Positions 36,093-50,039 of a stretch of DNA of 64,000 nt are shown here, in pieces. Source of the DNA: Eledone cirrhosa. Lineage: Eukaryota. Made by a program: the position numbers and the translations under genes. The notes beneath the pieces were generated by a model that was given only the letters and a program-made list of their open reading frames with translations, was not told the DNA's origin and did no database searches. The stretch is from positions 383,036,001 to 383,100,000 of the forward strand of contig OZ024741.1 of NCBI GenBank assembly GCA_964016885.1, given 5' to 3'. Position 1 is the first letter of the stretch; every line of letters starts with the position of its first letter.

Positions 36093-39000
36093 TCAGTCTA
36101 CAGACGCACACTCAGAGTTCACTCGGACCAGATTCGCCACCTTCACCCACCTTTCAACAAACTTACTAGAAGACAGTACTTGCCTTTCCACTCTGATTTT
36201 CCTCTTCACGTGAAACTTGAAAAAGTTTATCAGGGATTGGCCGGAGAGGAAAGTGTCTGTTTTCAACCCTTTCAACCTTGTCCACCACACAATCTCTTTC
36301 GTCATGGCCACCAGGCAGATGAAGATTGCTTGTCCTTCCTCCTCTTTAAATAAGGATGGCGGCGCTATCTGCGCAATGGACCCACTCAATAACCGGATCC
36401 GTCCTACACGGACAGCAACTGTTTCGACATAGCTCCACAAGTCAGCAATTCTCGGGCACTGAACGAGTGCGTGCCGGATGGTTTCGTCGTCCTGCGCGCA
36501 TCTCGGACAGGCTCGGCTGACGGCATCTCCATGTCTCTAGAGCTTATCCCGAACCCGCAACGCTCCTCGGTAGCATTGCCCGACCAGGGATTTCTGGAAA
36601 TTGTCCATAGTTCCCTGGCTGAAAGTTTTCTTGAAGAGAGCAAACATCTCCCCGAGAACGTCGGCGCTCTTCCCCCCCACTAGCCCTCTATAGAACGCCA
36701 AGGTGGATGTTCCACCGATATGAGTGCCCAGCTGGTAGAGTGTGGTGAGCGCCTGGAGACATTCCAGCTTCCAAGCGCTATCCCTCGGTTTTTTCTGATC
36801 CAGGACTGGAGCTCCGTCAAGGAGACGAGCTAGGGAAAAAAAGTGTCCGACAAACGGCGACCACACCTGTTCACCGTCAAGGAAACACCAGAGATGTCGG
36901 AGTCTCAGCGCAGGTTTGCGCCTCATTAGTCACGACATTCCCAGTCTTCCACGCAACGGGTGCTGACAGCAGATGGATCGTTCAATCATGGGAGCACGTC
37001 CCTTCCACAAAAAGCGGAAGAGAATGCGCTCCCATTTGGTCAGAGTTGGACGGGGGAAAGGTACGACAGTCAGGCGGCAGCAGATGACGGACGCGATGTA
37101 CGCATTCGCCACCTCCACCCGACCTTTCAGAGACATCCTCCTCTCAGCCCATTTCTGGGTGAGAAAAGCCACCCTGCTCGTCACTTCGCTCCCGATTTTC
37201 TCCATCTGGAGGTCCGGGCCGAACCAGACCCCAAGCAATTTAACAGGTTCCTCCGTCCAGCGCCCGACAACGCTATCGGACAGCATGGACTAGCCTCTCC
37301 AGGTGCCGAGTTGCAATCCTACCGACTTTTCCTGGTTTATCTTTGCTCCTGTCACCGCTTCGTATTCCTTGAGAGTGGGGCCGAGCATCTGGACATGTTT
37401 AGTGCTCGACACCACCACGCTGACGTCGTCGGCATAACCCGACACGGATCTTCCACATCCCAGTTCGCGAGGTACCCACCCCCCTAATGGTCTCTAATTT
37501 GTGCAGTAATGGTTCGAGAGACAGTACGTACAAGAGAGACGTGAGGGGACAACCTTGACGGACTGAGCGCATGTTACTGAACGGCTGCGACAGGTGACCA
37601 TTCACCCTCACAATCGAGCAGATGTTGCCGTGCATCGCAGCGATGCAGCCTCTCAAGACGCGCCCGAAGCCGGCTGCCTCGAGGACTGCAGTCAGGTACC
37701 GATGGTGGACCTATCAAATGCTTTAGATTGATCGAAATTGATCAGAGTCCCAGCCGTGCCAGGTTCCTTAACCACCCTCTCTATGATGTATCGCATGGGA
37801 TGGAGGTTGTTGTGGATGGATCTGTCTGGATGGCGCATGTCTACGCGTCTTCCACCAGGTTACCGATGACCAATCTCTTTGCTAACACCTTGGCCAAAAT
37901 CTTGAACTCTTTGTTCAGCAGAGTAATGGGCCTCAAGTTGTCTATAACGTCCCCTTTGTATGGGTCATTTCTCAGCAGCGCCACCCTTCCCCGGCTCACA
38001 AAACTGGGAATGCTCCCGTTTTGCTGCCAGTTGCAGTAAACCTCTGCCAACAGGTCGCCGAACAAGTCTGGCATGTACGAATAAAGCTCGTAGGGTAGAA
38101 TATCCAAACCTGGCGATTTACCCCTCGTGCAGTTAGACATCGCTTCCCGTATTTCACCTGCTGTTATCGTCCTTTCGCAGCACTGTTGCATCGGTCGCTG
38201 AGAGCCGCGATAGTCCATCGAGGTATGCACCGAAGTCCATACTCCTATTTTGTCCCCCCCCCCCCCGAACAATCGAGCAAAACGCTGTTGAAAAGCCGCA
38301 TACATCTGCTCGGGTTCGAGCAATATGCGCCCATTTTGATCAGGCAAAGACCGTATAGTGGATTTGTTGCCACGTCGCGCTCCACCACCCGGGCCCATTG
38401 AACGGCTTCCGTCTCCTCGTGTCTCAGAGCACGCACACTAGCTCTTACATCGCATCCTTCATGCTTTGCGTTGAAGAATTGGTCGAGTGCCGGACTCGCC
38501 GCCAGCCTAAACGCCTCTTCTACTTTTCTAATTAGCTCTCCCTCTACTCTATTTTCCTCTATCACTACTCCTTTGCTAAATCTTATCGATTCTACTCTAA
38601 TAGCCCTTGTCAGGGTAAACCACCACCTGTTGTTGACGATTGCACCTGTCAATGCACGCTTAACTAATTCGCTAATCCGGTCTCTGTAAGTTTTACTCGC
38701 AGTAACCAGGCCCTGTTCTATGAACTCTATCTAAGTCAACCTCACAGGTCACGAATTTGTGGTCCGTGTAGTTGACTACTTTCAATTGTGGACAACTTAC
38801 ACTAGCCTTATCTGTTTCCCTACAGAATACCCTATCTAAATACAATTTGGATGACCCGATGTGGTTTGCCCATGTCCAAATTGGTACATTCGGATAATCC
38901 AGTCTATACCTGTCAGACAGTTCAAAACGTCTAAGCAGGTTGTTGAGGCTTTTACACCATCCTGTCCTGTCTACTAGTGCCACATAATCCCAGCGTGCAT

Positions 39001-39437
39001 CTAAGGTACCGTTCCAGTTGCCCACTAACACTAACACGTTCCAAGAAAGGTCTCTAGACGTCTGAAGGAATCTGGCCGTTCTGCCCCTGATGGGGCGTAG
39101 ACGGCTACTAGCCTGAAAGCATTGCCTTCGCTGCCGGTCACATCCAGCACCACCGACTTACCTTCTGGGTCCAGGAAGATCCTGGGTCCATGGTGAGATC
39201 CAAGCCTCTCCGAAAAATCACAGCAACTACTCCTCCCACCGATCCTGGACAGCTGGGAGATGTGTATACATCGTAGCCGCCGAACATCGGTGCGAAGATT
39301 CGTGCTTCGGAGTTTCTTGTCTCGCTGATGGCCACCACATTTATGTTTAGTGAACTGAGGTCGTTGAGCAGGTAACCATGCTTTCAAGATGACCCCAGGC
39401 CACGTGCATTTATGCTGCCTATTCGAAGTACGGCCAT
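36093..39437 (-). pseudogene. ORF2 APE-RT, multiple frameshifts
   Basis: Chain of minus-strand ORF fragments colinear with 24008-27410. Confidence 0.9.
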
Positions 39438-39479
39438 GCTGGATGAGGAACGGGACAAGTAAGAAAGGATCACTTACCA

Positions 39480-41350
39480 TGATTGTGTGGGGAAGGGACA
39501 GTAGAACCGTACCCTCGGCTGGTTATGGGTGTCTCCAAGACGATATATTTTGGAAAGTGACTTCCTGAAATCCCCAACTGCGTTGGGGAATTTTTGTTTT
39601 AAGTGTTTGTAGTTTCCGAGATCAATTTCTACCATGTTAATGTTCTTGGTGATGGAGTGTGGTAATTTACGTCTGAAATATCTGTGTGCTGTTTTATGTG
39701 TTCCATTAGTCCTTGGTGTGCAATGTTTATGGCTGTGTACTTTTTTGGAGGAGGTTGTTTTTGTTGCCGTTTTCTTGTTGCTGTTGAGTATGTGTGATTT
39801 GTTGTGTTTGTGATGTTGGTGTTTTTTGGTGAGGTTGGTGGTGGTGTGGTTGTTGTTGGTGTTGATGCTTGTGGTGGTGATGGTGATTTTGGTGGTGTTG
39901 CTGCAAGTCTCCTTGCAGTCTTTATACTTCTTTCTTCGCCTTCACTTTTGGAGGGAGGAGCTGTGGTTTTTCTGTTTGTTTTTTTTTATTTTGTTTTTGT
40001 TTTTTTGTTAACAACCGTTTTCCACTCCTCAGCCGCCTCATATTCCATGTCCGACTTCGGGGAGGGGTATGATTTCTACCCTCTCATTTGTCTTTATTGT
40101 TGTTGTTGGTGTTGTTGGTGGAACCTGCTTTGCCGCTCCTGGCACAGGTGCAGCTATAGCAACTGTTGTTGTTGCTGCAGCTGCCATCGCTGGTTTTGTT
40201 GTCCGTGGCTTTGGTGTGGGTGTCACGGACGTTGTCTTCCTACTCTCTGTAGAAGCTCCCGACTTTTTTGCTGACTGCTCTGTTTCTGATGGCCGCGGTT
40301 CCGACGTTGGAAGGAGGGTTACCTTGGCCTTTGTTATTTTCTGTGGGCAGCAAGCCCTGAGGTGAGACTTTGATCCACAGTTGAAGCATTTTGGGCGCCT
40401 TTATTCAACAGATATGGGAGGTTGGAAGCCATTTCCGAGGTCTATTACGTCTGGAATAGTGCTGATGCAATCATGGTCGGTTTGGATGAGGATCTCCATT
40501 CCAATAACGGACCAGTCCTATCTCCCCAACTTCTGTACCTGCAGAATAGTTGTTTTATCTTCGATGCCCGCTAGAACAGATACGACCAGCCAAGGCACGG
40601 GTACGTTGGGCGGGACCTGGGTTACCTTGACCTTTGCCATTTTTTCCCGCAGTTAAACGGGACTGAAGATATTTCATTACTCCGTAGGGTCCTGAGTAAG
40701 TGCGATTTTGCTTCCTGGGTGGTAGCAAAAAAGACATACACAGTAGAATATGTCTTGCCACGGGTGATGTGGGTTTTCTGTGCCCAAGGCCTTCTGGATT
40801 TGGGCCTCCGAGGCTTTCTCCACAAGACGCGATTTCCTGGCAATCATGCGGTACGACACTGTGCGTCGCTCTTGTTCCACCAGGAAGTCGGTTGGTGGTT
40901 TCAAGGACACTGAAAATTCAGTTTTCGTTACAACGTGTCATGCGACCGCCATCTCCTCCTCTGTGATGATGATTGTTTCTATGTTGCAAGTTATTTTTGC
41001 AAAAGAGGTGGTCTCTTTTTCAGGAGCGTCATTGTTTCCACTGCTACAAACGGTGTTGTTGGTGTTGCTGCTACTGCTACCACAGGTGTTATCGTTAATA
41101 CTGCCGCTGCTGCTGCTATCTCCATTGTTGTTAAATGTATCAGCAGCAGCCGCTTCAAGACTGCCCTTGATTGAAGAGGAAAGAGTGGCATTCGTCTGAT
41201 TTTTATTATTTGGTGAAGAAGAGGAAAAGGAAAGCGAGACTTTACTCTGGTTGTTGCTAGTTTCTTTGATGTTAAATGTATCAATTGTAATAATTGTATC
41301 AGTGGCAGTCGCCTCACGTCTTGCTGGAGGAGAGAGGGGAGTAGCATTCG
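39480..41350 (-). pseudogene. ORF1 remnants with CX2CX4HX4C knuckle (~40345-40400)
   Basis: RRPKCFNCGSKSHLRACCPQ; RRTVSYRMI similar to RRTVLFRCI in the first element. Confidence 0.7.
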
Positions 41351-41889
41351 CTTGACTTTGGGACGGTGAAGGAGACGAAAAGGAAAGCGAGGTTGTACGT
41401 TGACAGCTGGACGAAGAAAGAAAAGGTTGAGAAGGTATCTTGCTGTAAGGGTAATTTTTTTAACGTATGCACGGCATGGAAATGGATTTTTTTTTTTTTT
41501 GGCGGGACGTATTTGTTATATGCAAAGTTTAAATTGGGATTTAGCCCCGAAGTGCTAAATACCGATTAATTTTGACCACTTCAAAGGAAGTGGGGTGTGT
41601 TTACACACAAAATAATATGATTTTTACATTAAGTTCGCAATAAAATGTTTTTAAAAAATCACAAAATTTCTGGAACAAATTTTTTTTTTTTTTTTGCAAC
41701 GTATATACTTCAACAATTGCTAGATGCAAAGTTTAAATTTGGATTTAGCCGCGAAGGGCTAAATACTGATTAATTTTGACCTCTTCAAAAGAAGTGTGGT
41801 GTGTTTAAACACAAAATAATATAGTTTTTACATTAAGTTCGCAATAAAAACTGTTAAAAAATCACAAACTTACGGGAACAAAATTATCT

Positions 41890-41967
41890 GTTCACCATAC
41901 CACGAACAAATGTTTCACCTTATGGAGATCCGCATAATGTGAAACATTTGTTCTCGGTATGGTGAAC
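41890..41967. other. 78-nt near-perfect hairpin
   Basis: GTTCACCATACC-AC-GAACAAATGTTTCAC / GTGAAACATTTGTTC-TC-GGTATGGTGAAC. Confidence 0.85.
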
Positions 41968-42006
41968 TAACTGTTGTGGAACTACCTATATATATATATA
42001 TATATA

Positions 42007-42992
42007 AGCCCGCAAACTAACTGCAAAACTGGAAACGCAGTATATAGCATAAGACATACTGAGGGTCAGTGTACGAATATGAACATAGCATACATAGGTG
42101 TAACAGCCCGTAGCATAAGAGAAAGGTTAAATGAACATTGGTGAGAACTCCAGGATAGTAAAAACTCATCAGTTCTCCACCAACATGCCAAAGTAAAACA
42201 TAGGGACACATTAGAGAACATAGAGATAAAAACTATATCCACACACAGAAATGATGCATTGCTCAGACAAATCACAGAGGCGACAAACATAAACGAACTC
42301 CAACCAAAATTAAACAGAAAACATCAGTTGGATAGCAACATCACAACTAGAAATTAAGGACAAAATGAAGACATACAGACACACAAAGAAGCAAACTAAC
42401 AAAACAAATCAGACACACACAGATTGAATAAACAACCAACTATGACAAGTAAATAAACACGTAAATAAATAAATTAAAAAAAAAATAATAATAAATAAAA
42501 CACCTGGAGGTAACACATGCGCAAACTAAGCACACAACACACAAAAACAAGATGGTATAGGCAAGAACAAAGAATAGACACAAAATAAAATCTTAGTCAC
42601 TGAGGAGGTCACTGAATGTGTGACAAAAGAGCTTGGCTATCTAACCAACCAACCAACCAACCAGAAATTTATATTTAATTGAATTGAAAACCAACAGGTG
42701 CGTGTGTTTTTATTGGCAACACTTCCCTCCCAATGCACATATATAAGGTAAATTATGTGAGTTGATTTATTATAAGTTTCCCGTTGGTTGGCTGGTTGGT
42801 TGGTTCAATGACCGTAATGTTGTTTACATATTACCAAAACTCTTTCGTCAGACATTATGTGACCACTTCAGGGACTAGGTTTTTATTTTGTGTGTCTTTC
42901 CTTTGTTCTGTCCTACACCATCTTGTTTTTGTATATTAAATTGAAGTGGAAACCGCATGTGCGTGTGTTTTTATTGGTAACATGACCCTCCC
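42007..42992 (+). mobile_element. 5'-truncated Penelope-like element: GIY-YIG endonuclease remnant plus direct and inverted pLTR-like segments with decayed hammerheads
   Basis: 42019-42357 translates NCKTGNAVYSI...AYIGVTARSIRERLNEHW*...LRQITEA...PKLNRK; 42540-42685 inverted at 42760-42932; CTGAGGA-GGTCAC..GTGAC-AAAA at 42600. Confidence 0.85.
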
Positions 42993-43267
42993 AAAGTATA
43001 ACAATATCTGTTTCAACTCACGTTTTCAGATAAGAAATCTCGCAAAACAAATTCAAAATGAATTATATATAAATATATATATATATATATATAATATTAA
43101 GGTTACTATTTATGGTTATGTATATACTAAAACTGTTTATAGTTATATATATTTTAAACCCTAAACAGTGAAGGTCAGTAATTTATTACTACCCTATTAC
43201 CAGTAAGATAAATAGCTCAATGTAATAACATCAGTTGTTCTACAGAGCAGTTATATAGAATTCACAG

Positions 43268-44206
43268 GAATCAAAGCTATGTTCAAAGCATTTATTCACT
43301 TACAATTGTTTCATGCAAACCAAGGCTTGGAGTCTTCGGACCATTTTTCAATGTTTGTACACATAATTGACCTCCTTTCCAACGCAAGAGACATACAGAT
43401 ACATATGTATATATTGATGTACAGTGGAGTGATGTCAGATGTAGTAGTTAGTGTATGCGTTAGTTACACGTGGGGCATGCACGTGTGTCTCATTTATATA
43501 TGATTATTGTGCGGCAGGGTGTTACATGTAATACAAGCACTTTAAGCGGGTAAGTAAGAGTATTATGGAGGTTGTAGTGGTAAGGTATTTTTTGTATATA
43601 ATAAAAAAAGTATGTGTGCAGAAAAATGAAAATAAAAAGGAGAAGCAAAAGAAAGTTATGGTTTTCGTATCCACCACCATTTTCACATCAGGAAAAGTAA
43701 TATACATCCATCACATAAGTAACGATGATTCCGTATTGGATGGTTGATGCATTAAATTAAATTATTTTAGCTTATTGCGGCTCAGTGTTATTTAATCCAA
43801 TTTTATAGAATAGGTTGATTCTGCTGCGAGAATTTACAAACAATAATCACATCTAAATGAGACACACGTGCATGCCCCACGTGTAACTAACGCATACACT
43901 AACTACTACATCTGACTAACAAACTATCCTCTTGTATTATCTATGTTAACTGCCCAATGTATTTTAATTTTGTTTTAATTTTAATTTTGATTTTGATTTT
44001 GAATTTGAATTGCTATACAGAAATAATATAATATAATATATGTCACTCCACTGAACATCAATATATACATATGATCTGTATGTCTCTTGCGTTGGAAAGG
44101 AGGTCAATTATGTGTACAAACATTGAAAAATGCTCCGAATACTCCAAACCTAGGTTTGGATGAAACAATTGTAAGTGAATAAATGCTTTGAACATAGCTT
44201 TGATTC
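43268..44206. mobile_element. Element with ~228-bp inverted arms; right arm interrupted by ~125 bp
   Basis: 43268-43496 vs 43855-43916 plus 44043-44206. Confidence 0.85.
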
Positions 44207-45374
44207 TTTTGAATTATATATATATATATACATATATTGATATACATACTTATATGTGTATGTGCTTGTACGTGAGTGTGCGTGCCTGTGCCTATGTGTG
44301 TGTGTACATAACGGATCACCATGTAAGTAAAAAACATATACGTGTAAGAATTTTGATGTAATTTCTGTTTTGTTGGGTTTATTTAAGTCCTTAAATAAAC
44401 CAGGAAGGAGTAGACCTATGATCAAATGTGATCTAATCCTGACTTTGATGTCATTCATGTGTCTGTGTCTTTAGTGTTTCACTGTTCAGTAAGTCCACGA
44501 ATTCCTCAAGATGGCATGGTGATATTAGAGGTATATTGAGATGATTTATTTATAAAGCATAACCCCTGCTTGACATTTACATATTTTGTGCGTTCAATTT
44601 TTATGTTGCATCGAAGAAGATAACCATTGTAAAACTTATTAGCAATTCATATTCGCAATGTTATTCATGGACGTGTGAATGGTGCTATGTCAGAAAAAGG
44701 AGGAAACATCACATATTCCTCATAGTATATTATTTTTCATGCATCACATTAATGTGAAGAAATAACGCCTCATATCTGCAATTTGGTTAAACGTAATTTC
44801 CTATTAAAATTTATAACGCCATCGGCAGAGAATATCTTAAATAAAACGGAAATGAACAGAAAAATTTGAAAGCACGTTTTCTTTTCATTTTGATGTAGTT
44901 GCATTAATAATAAGAAATAATCCCATATTTTCCCAGGTTAAAAGACAATGTCTCCCGATGAAATAAAATATCACCTGAAGAATATAAAGATACTACATTT
45001 ATTTGTGTGGCATTAACAAATTTTCTCAGTAAAGTACCATATTTCTACATTTCTCTGTACTATAGACGAAAGCAGCTTAACGTCATCTCTTAGCACTATC
45101 TAAATTTAGTTCAAATATACGCTGCGGGAATATTATTGCTTTAAATATAGTAAATCTACAGATATGAAAAAAACTACATTTCAGCCTGTTTCTCCATTGT
45201 GCATATGTCATACGATGAGAAGACTACGTTTCCTTGTATGCTAGTCCATCAGGAGTAGATATTCTAACTTAGCTGTTTGTTATGGTGGTAGTTCATTACC
45301 CATTACATTATTGCCACTTGATGGATCATTATATAATGAAAATCATTTAAGATTATTGTCGGGCTCGTAAAATC

Positions 45375-45640
45375 TGTCACGTGCCCGGAGGCTCCTTAGG
45401 CTGGTGCTTATCTCGGTGTCCGTGGCGTGAAGCGGCTGAGAGTACAAACTTCTCCCCTCGACAGGACGCCTGTCCATCGTAAGGTTAAGACCTCATCTAT
45501 CGCTGGTACTCATTTCCACCTGAATCTACTGGAGCAACCTGAAATATAATGTTTTGCTCAAGAATAGAATACATAACACAATCCAAATCTTGGCATTATG
45601 ATCATATGTCTAACACCCTAACAACTCGGCCACGTTTTTC
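45375..45640 (-). mobile_element. SINE of a second family
   Basis: Minus strand begins CGTGGCCGAGTTGTTAGGGTGTT (tRNA A-box like); CTTGAGCAAAACATT..TTGCTCCAGT core. Confidence 0.65.
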
Positions 45641-48600
45641 CACTAGTTGTATTATAACCATTTTAGAAATGTTCAAAGAGGATTAGTAGGAACATTACAT
45701 CCTGCAGAAATATCTATTAAACAATGTATAACGAATTTTGTTAAATATCATTACTAGAATTCCTTGAAGACATGTCTTTAGCAAATTACACCTTCTGTAA
45801 ACCATACTATACCAGATTGTGATATACGTCAGTTAGCGTGTTGCCTAAAATGTAAATGTGTGCCTCGAAATTAATTCGCATGTAATCGTCAATTTTTACG
45901 AAACCTGGCAATTAAATATATCAAAATATCTCTAATTTCTGCGTAATATTAGCGGTATGAGTGGTGACACGTGATATGAAAGTTAAATGTACGCCTACTA
46001 ATTTCGTCAATTTCACATCTCTAGTAAAACAAAGAATATGTAACAAAATATTTATTTTTAACATGTTTTTTGAGAATATGAAACGGTTGGAAATTTAATT
46101 CCTGACAATTATCTTTCATATATATGGGGTAGTTGCTTATTTTTATTACAGACAATTAGTTAATCGGGTTTCTATGTGTATCCCGATAAGGAATATTAAT
46201 GTTGTCTAAACCACCTCTGTTCAGTTACAGACTACAAAGCGATTACATCTGAATATTATTGAACGGCCTAAATCTGTTTCAATTTGAATAGAATGAATTA
46301 CAACTGTCTTCATATTTTACGCCCTGTTTCGCAACCAAGCTATTGGTAAGTGAAGATTATGTAGAATGTTGTGACGTGTGTCAGAATATCAGAAGAGTAC
46401 TTATTCACAAAGTAGCCAATAGGGAAAGAAATATTTCGAACCGTCAGGTAATCAAGAGGAGATATGTGCCACGTGCTATCAATTCTCTCACCTATAAGGA
46501 TTTCACCTTTAGTGAAGTTGTATACTTGAAACTGTTTACGGATATTCGTTAATGATTCTGGAAGTTTTGATTCCTTTGACACCTTTCTTATAATTCATTT
46601 ATTAATACATCTATTATGTTCTTTAAATATTATTAACACTGTGTGGAATAGGGAAAATTGCAATGGATCTGATATAGGAATTTTAAAATAGAGTGTAACA
46701 TTGCTTCAAGTTTGGATTACCTGTATTCATTTCAAGTGTGAAATATATACGGCATGAGTTAATAAGCTTCAGATTTTAAAACTGTGCTTCTCCACCAGTA
46801 AAATGAAAGAAAACAAAGATATGGAATCTACTGGTGATAAAGGTTTTATAAATGGATCAGGTGAATAGGGTTAATAAGCGATAGGTTTATTTCTATTGAT
46901 CAAAGACTGATGTTGCATTAGTGAATGAAGAAAGCAATAACATTTTAAAGGAAAAGTTTAATCTCTTATATTCCATTCATAGATTAGATACATTTCATGA
47001 ATCAAATTGATGATTTCAGAAAAAGAGCTTCTCGTACTCTCACAACTATACATACTTCGAGGAAAACTACACTGTGCAAGTAGAAATCAATACAGGATGC
47101 CATGGACTCTTATGAAAGATAATATATTGAAGTATAGATAACTTAATTTTTAAGTAGAGATATATTAAAAGAAATATAAAGATTGCATTTATCCCTATTT
47201 TAGATAATTCATGAAAATCATATATGTATAAATATTCTAAAATGACTCAATAATAATGATTCATTGTCCACTAGAGCCGTATATCTCCTAGAAAATGAAA
47301 TGAATTCTGGCGTGGTTAGCGTTATATCTCCTATAACACACTAGCTAATATTTTATTTTAAAAATTCTAGTCATATAGTCGTGTAAAAGAAATGTATTAT
47401 GATGCTTCGAATACAAACTTTGATTACAATTTATTGACTCATTCTAAAAGTGTTAACAAGCAGGAAACTTGGCTAATAACATTTAATTTCATCGCTATGT
47501 AATTTATCAATATAAAGAAACGATTTTATACACGCGATATCATTTATCATTGTCATAACTTGTAAAAATATTTTATTTGAAACCAAAAATAACGGTTTAA
47601 CCTTCCAGCGATTTGTTCTCATCCGCCCTATCATTGTAGAATACTTACAGCTACAATACAGTCAAAAAGGTTTAGAAATTATTGTAAATATTAGCAAGAC
47701 ACAGTAAAATTAGTACTTATCAAAGCTAACACGAACGTCATTGTTTCGGGAATTTGATAAATGCAGGCTGTTCATAAGTATATTGATGCAAAACCCACCA
47801 ACAGAGAAACCATTATAACACCCTGATTCTCCTTCACCAACACAGAGCTTACCTTTCACTTCTCGGACAATAAAATGAGGTTCTCTTATTTGTGAGTAAT
47901 TTCGTCCCAGCAATATTACTACTTTGGTATAACTAGATCGTTTTGCATATACATATAACAGTTGTGTCAATATATGAGTGGCGCTGTTGCTTATATTTTA
48001 TAGCAATGAGATCACATATAATCTACTAAATAAATGGCCATTTCTGTCTGCTTGTCTATCTGTGTATCTGTGTATCAGTGTATAACCAGATGGCGCCTAC
48101 ACCAGTGATCTGATAATGATAAAACTGTACACAGATGTTAAGGTAATATTCAGAAACAGGACTTGCTAATTGGATTTCAATAAAAATCAATAATGGAACC
48201 CCTGGGGACATCTTTACAGTGGAGGAGGAGAGAGAAGACATTTCAGTGATAGAGGGGGACGAGGAGATACTACTATTCTATGTTAAACCCTTCCTCCCTC
48301 TACTCCCCTTCTTCCTCCCACATCTCAGTCCTCCAAAACGAGGCAACAACCTATTAGAAATATACAATGCGCGTCCTTGATTTTTCTCCATTCTGTAGAG
48401 AAAGAGAGAGAGAGCGTAAGAGAGAGAGAAAGAGAGAAGGAGAGAGAGTATAAAATGTTTCTGTTTTTTATTTAATGCAGCCCCTAGGTAGACGAAGGCT
48501 GTCTCTGGATCACCATGACAATCACGTCACATGTGCGAAACTTAAATAATTGTTGGTTAACATTTTACTCATCTTAGTGTGTTACCTCCTCTTTCGTTAG

Positions 48601-50039
48601 ACAATATCTCCAAGGGAACGATCCGCCATTGGTCGAAAAATGGCGAAATCTGAGAGTGGGAAAAGAAGAAAAGCAAATGAATCGTCAATGGATGCTACAA
48701 TTAGACGATCGTAAGATGCTGAACGTAAAGCTCCTGCGCAAGAGCGTTAGAAAACTACGAGCAGGGGTGTATTTAAGACATAGATTACATATGTACTCCG
48801 GATGGTCATGGGCACTTTCATTTTTACAGATATTATTATAGGGCCCCCGGGAGCAGATAACGCACATTTGCCGCATCCTTGGAGTCGACTGAAGCACTGC
48901 AGTGCAATGCAACAAAACGTCATAAATTCTGGTGTTCGCAACCGATTTTTCCCAAACTTGACACATTGCCTACCTACGTTCTACATTGGATCACTCAGAA
49001 TTGGCACGTATTGAGTAGGGCACCACCTTGGACAGGAACCCCCTTTTGGAAAAAGCTGATGATTTTGTACAAGTATAGTTTTCGAAGTAGCACTAATGTA
49101 TTGACATGAATGCGATACATGACTGCTATTTAGTACCCGAGCAGCAACACCTGGAACCTCTGCTAGTGTAAACATAAGCACATCACACTGGCAACAACTC
49201 TCATCTTCCTATCCTTACTCTGTGTGCACGTATGTGTATTTGTGAGAGTATCTATATGTGTAATCTTTTGTAGGAAGAAGAGTATTGGACATGACATTTT
49301 AACTGAGTATCTACGATTGTTTTGGTGGAAAGGAGAGGTGACATCATAACATAAGTGTTGTCGCCAGGGCAATAGAACACTGACTGAAAACATATGGAAT
49401 GAGTAAAGGGGGTATATTTGTCCGAGAAACATGCTAAAACAGGCTTGCTTAAGGTTCCAAACAGCTGGATCAAACACAGAATAAGGCTACAGCAAAGTTA
49501 AATTCTGAAACCTTATTTTATTATTATATTCTTTTATTCCTTTCGAGGTTTTAAGACATACAAAAGCATCTAAACTGGGGCACCGCCACAAAAATATTTT
49601 GTTGATCATATCGATCACAATAATTCTCGTTTTATATTTGCCTGCCTCATCATATGTCACCCACAGGATTTTCCGAGAGTATGCTATCCTGTGGGATTGG
49701 ATACACAATATTGTGTATGCAAAGCAAATGTTGTCTTGGTAATGAAAACACTCCAGCGAATAAATATAGAAATGATTGTAAGAGTCGGTGTTAGATGATA
49801 AGCATGAAAGTTATTTCCACCGTTACGGACAATAAGTTTATTTCTATTACGGCTATTAACAGAGCATTCAGACAAAAAATATCGATGTTATAAGTAATAT
49901 ATAAATAAATAAATAAATATATATATATATATATATTCAAGTATAAATTCAGCGAGAATCGCATTTCGGCGGGTAGAAAAAGCGAAACGTAACGTAAGTT
50001 CCGAGTCATGCTGGCATTATTTATATATATATAAATAAG

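Larger units (their letters stand above)
35598..41882 (-). mobile_element. Second near full-length Tx1/L1-clade LINE (related family), inactivated, duplicated 3' and 5' ends
   Basis: ORF1 with CFNCGSKSHLRACC knuckle; ORF2 from ~39437 (MAVLRIGSIN) with GKSPGLD, RPITLLN, VRQGCPL, GYADDV. Confidence 0.92.

Noticed and set aside
24357-41199. ORFs antisense to the LINE reading frames
   Set aside because: Shadow frames of LINE coding sequence with no motifs
46340-49180. Short ORFs as host exons, and a weak KPTN motif near 47790
   Set aside because: No convincing splice pairs or domains; probably old repeats that I cannot classify
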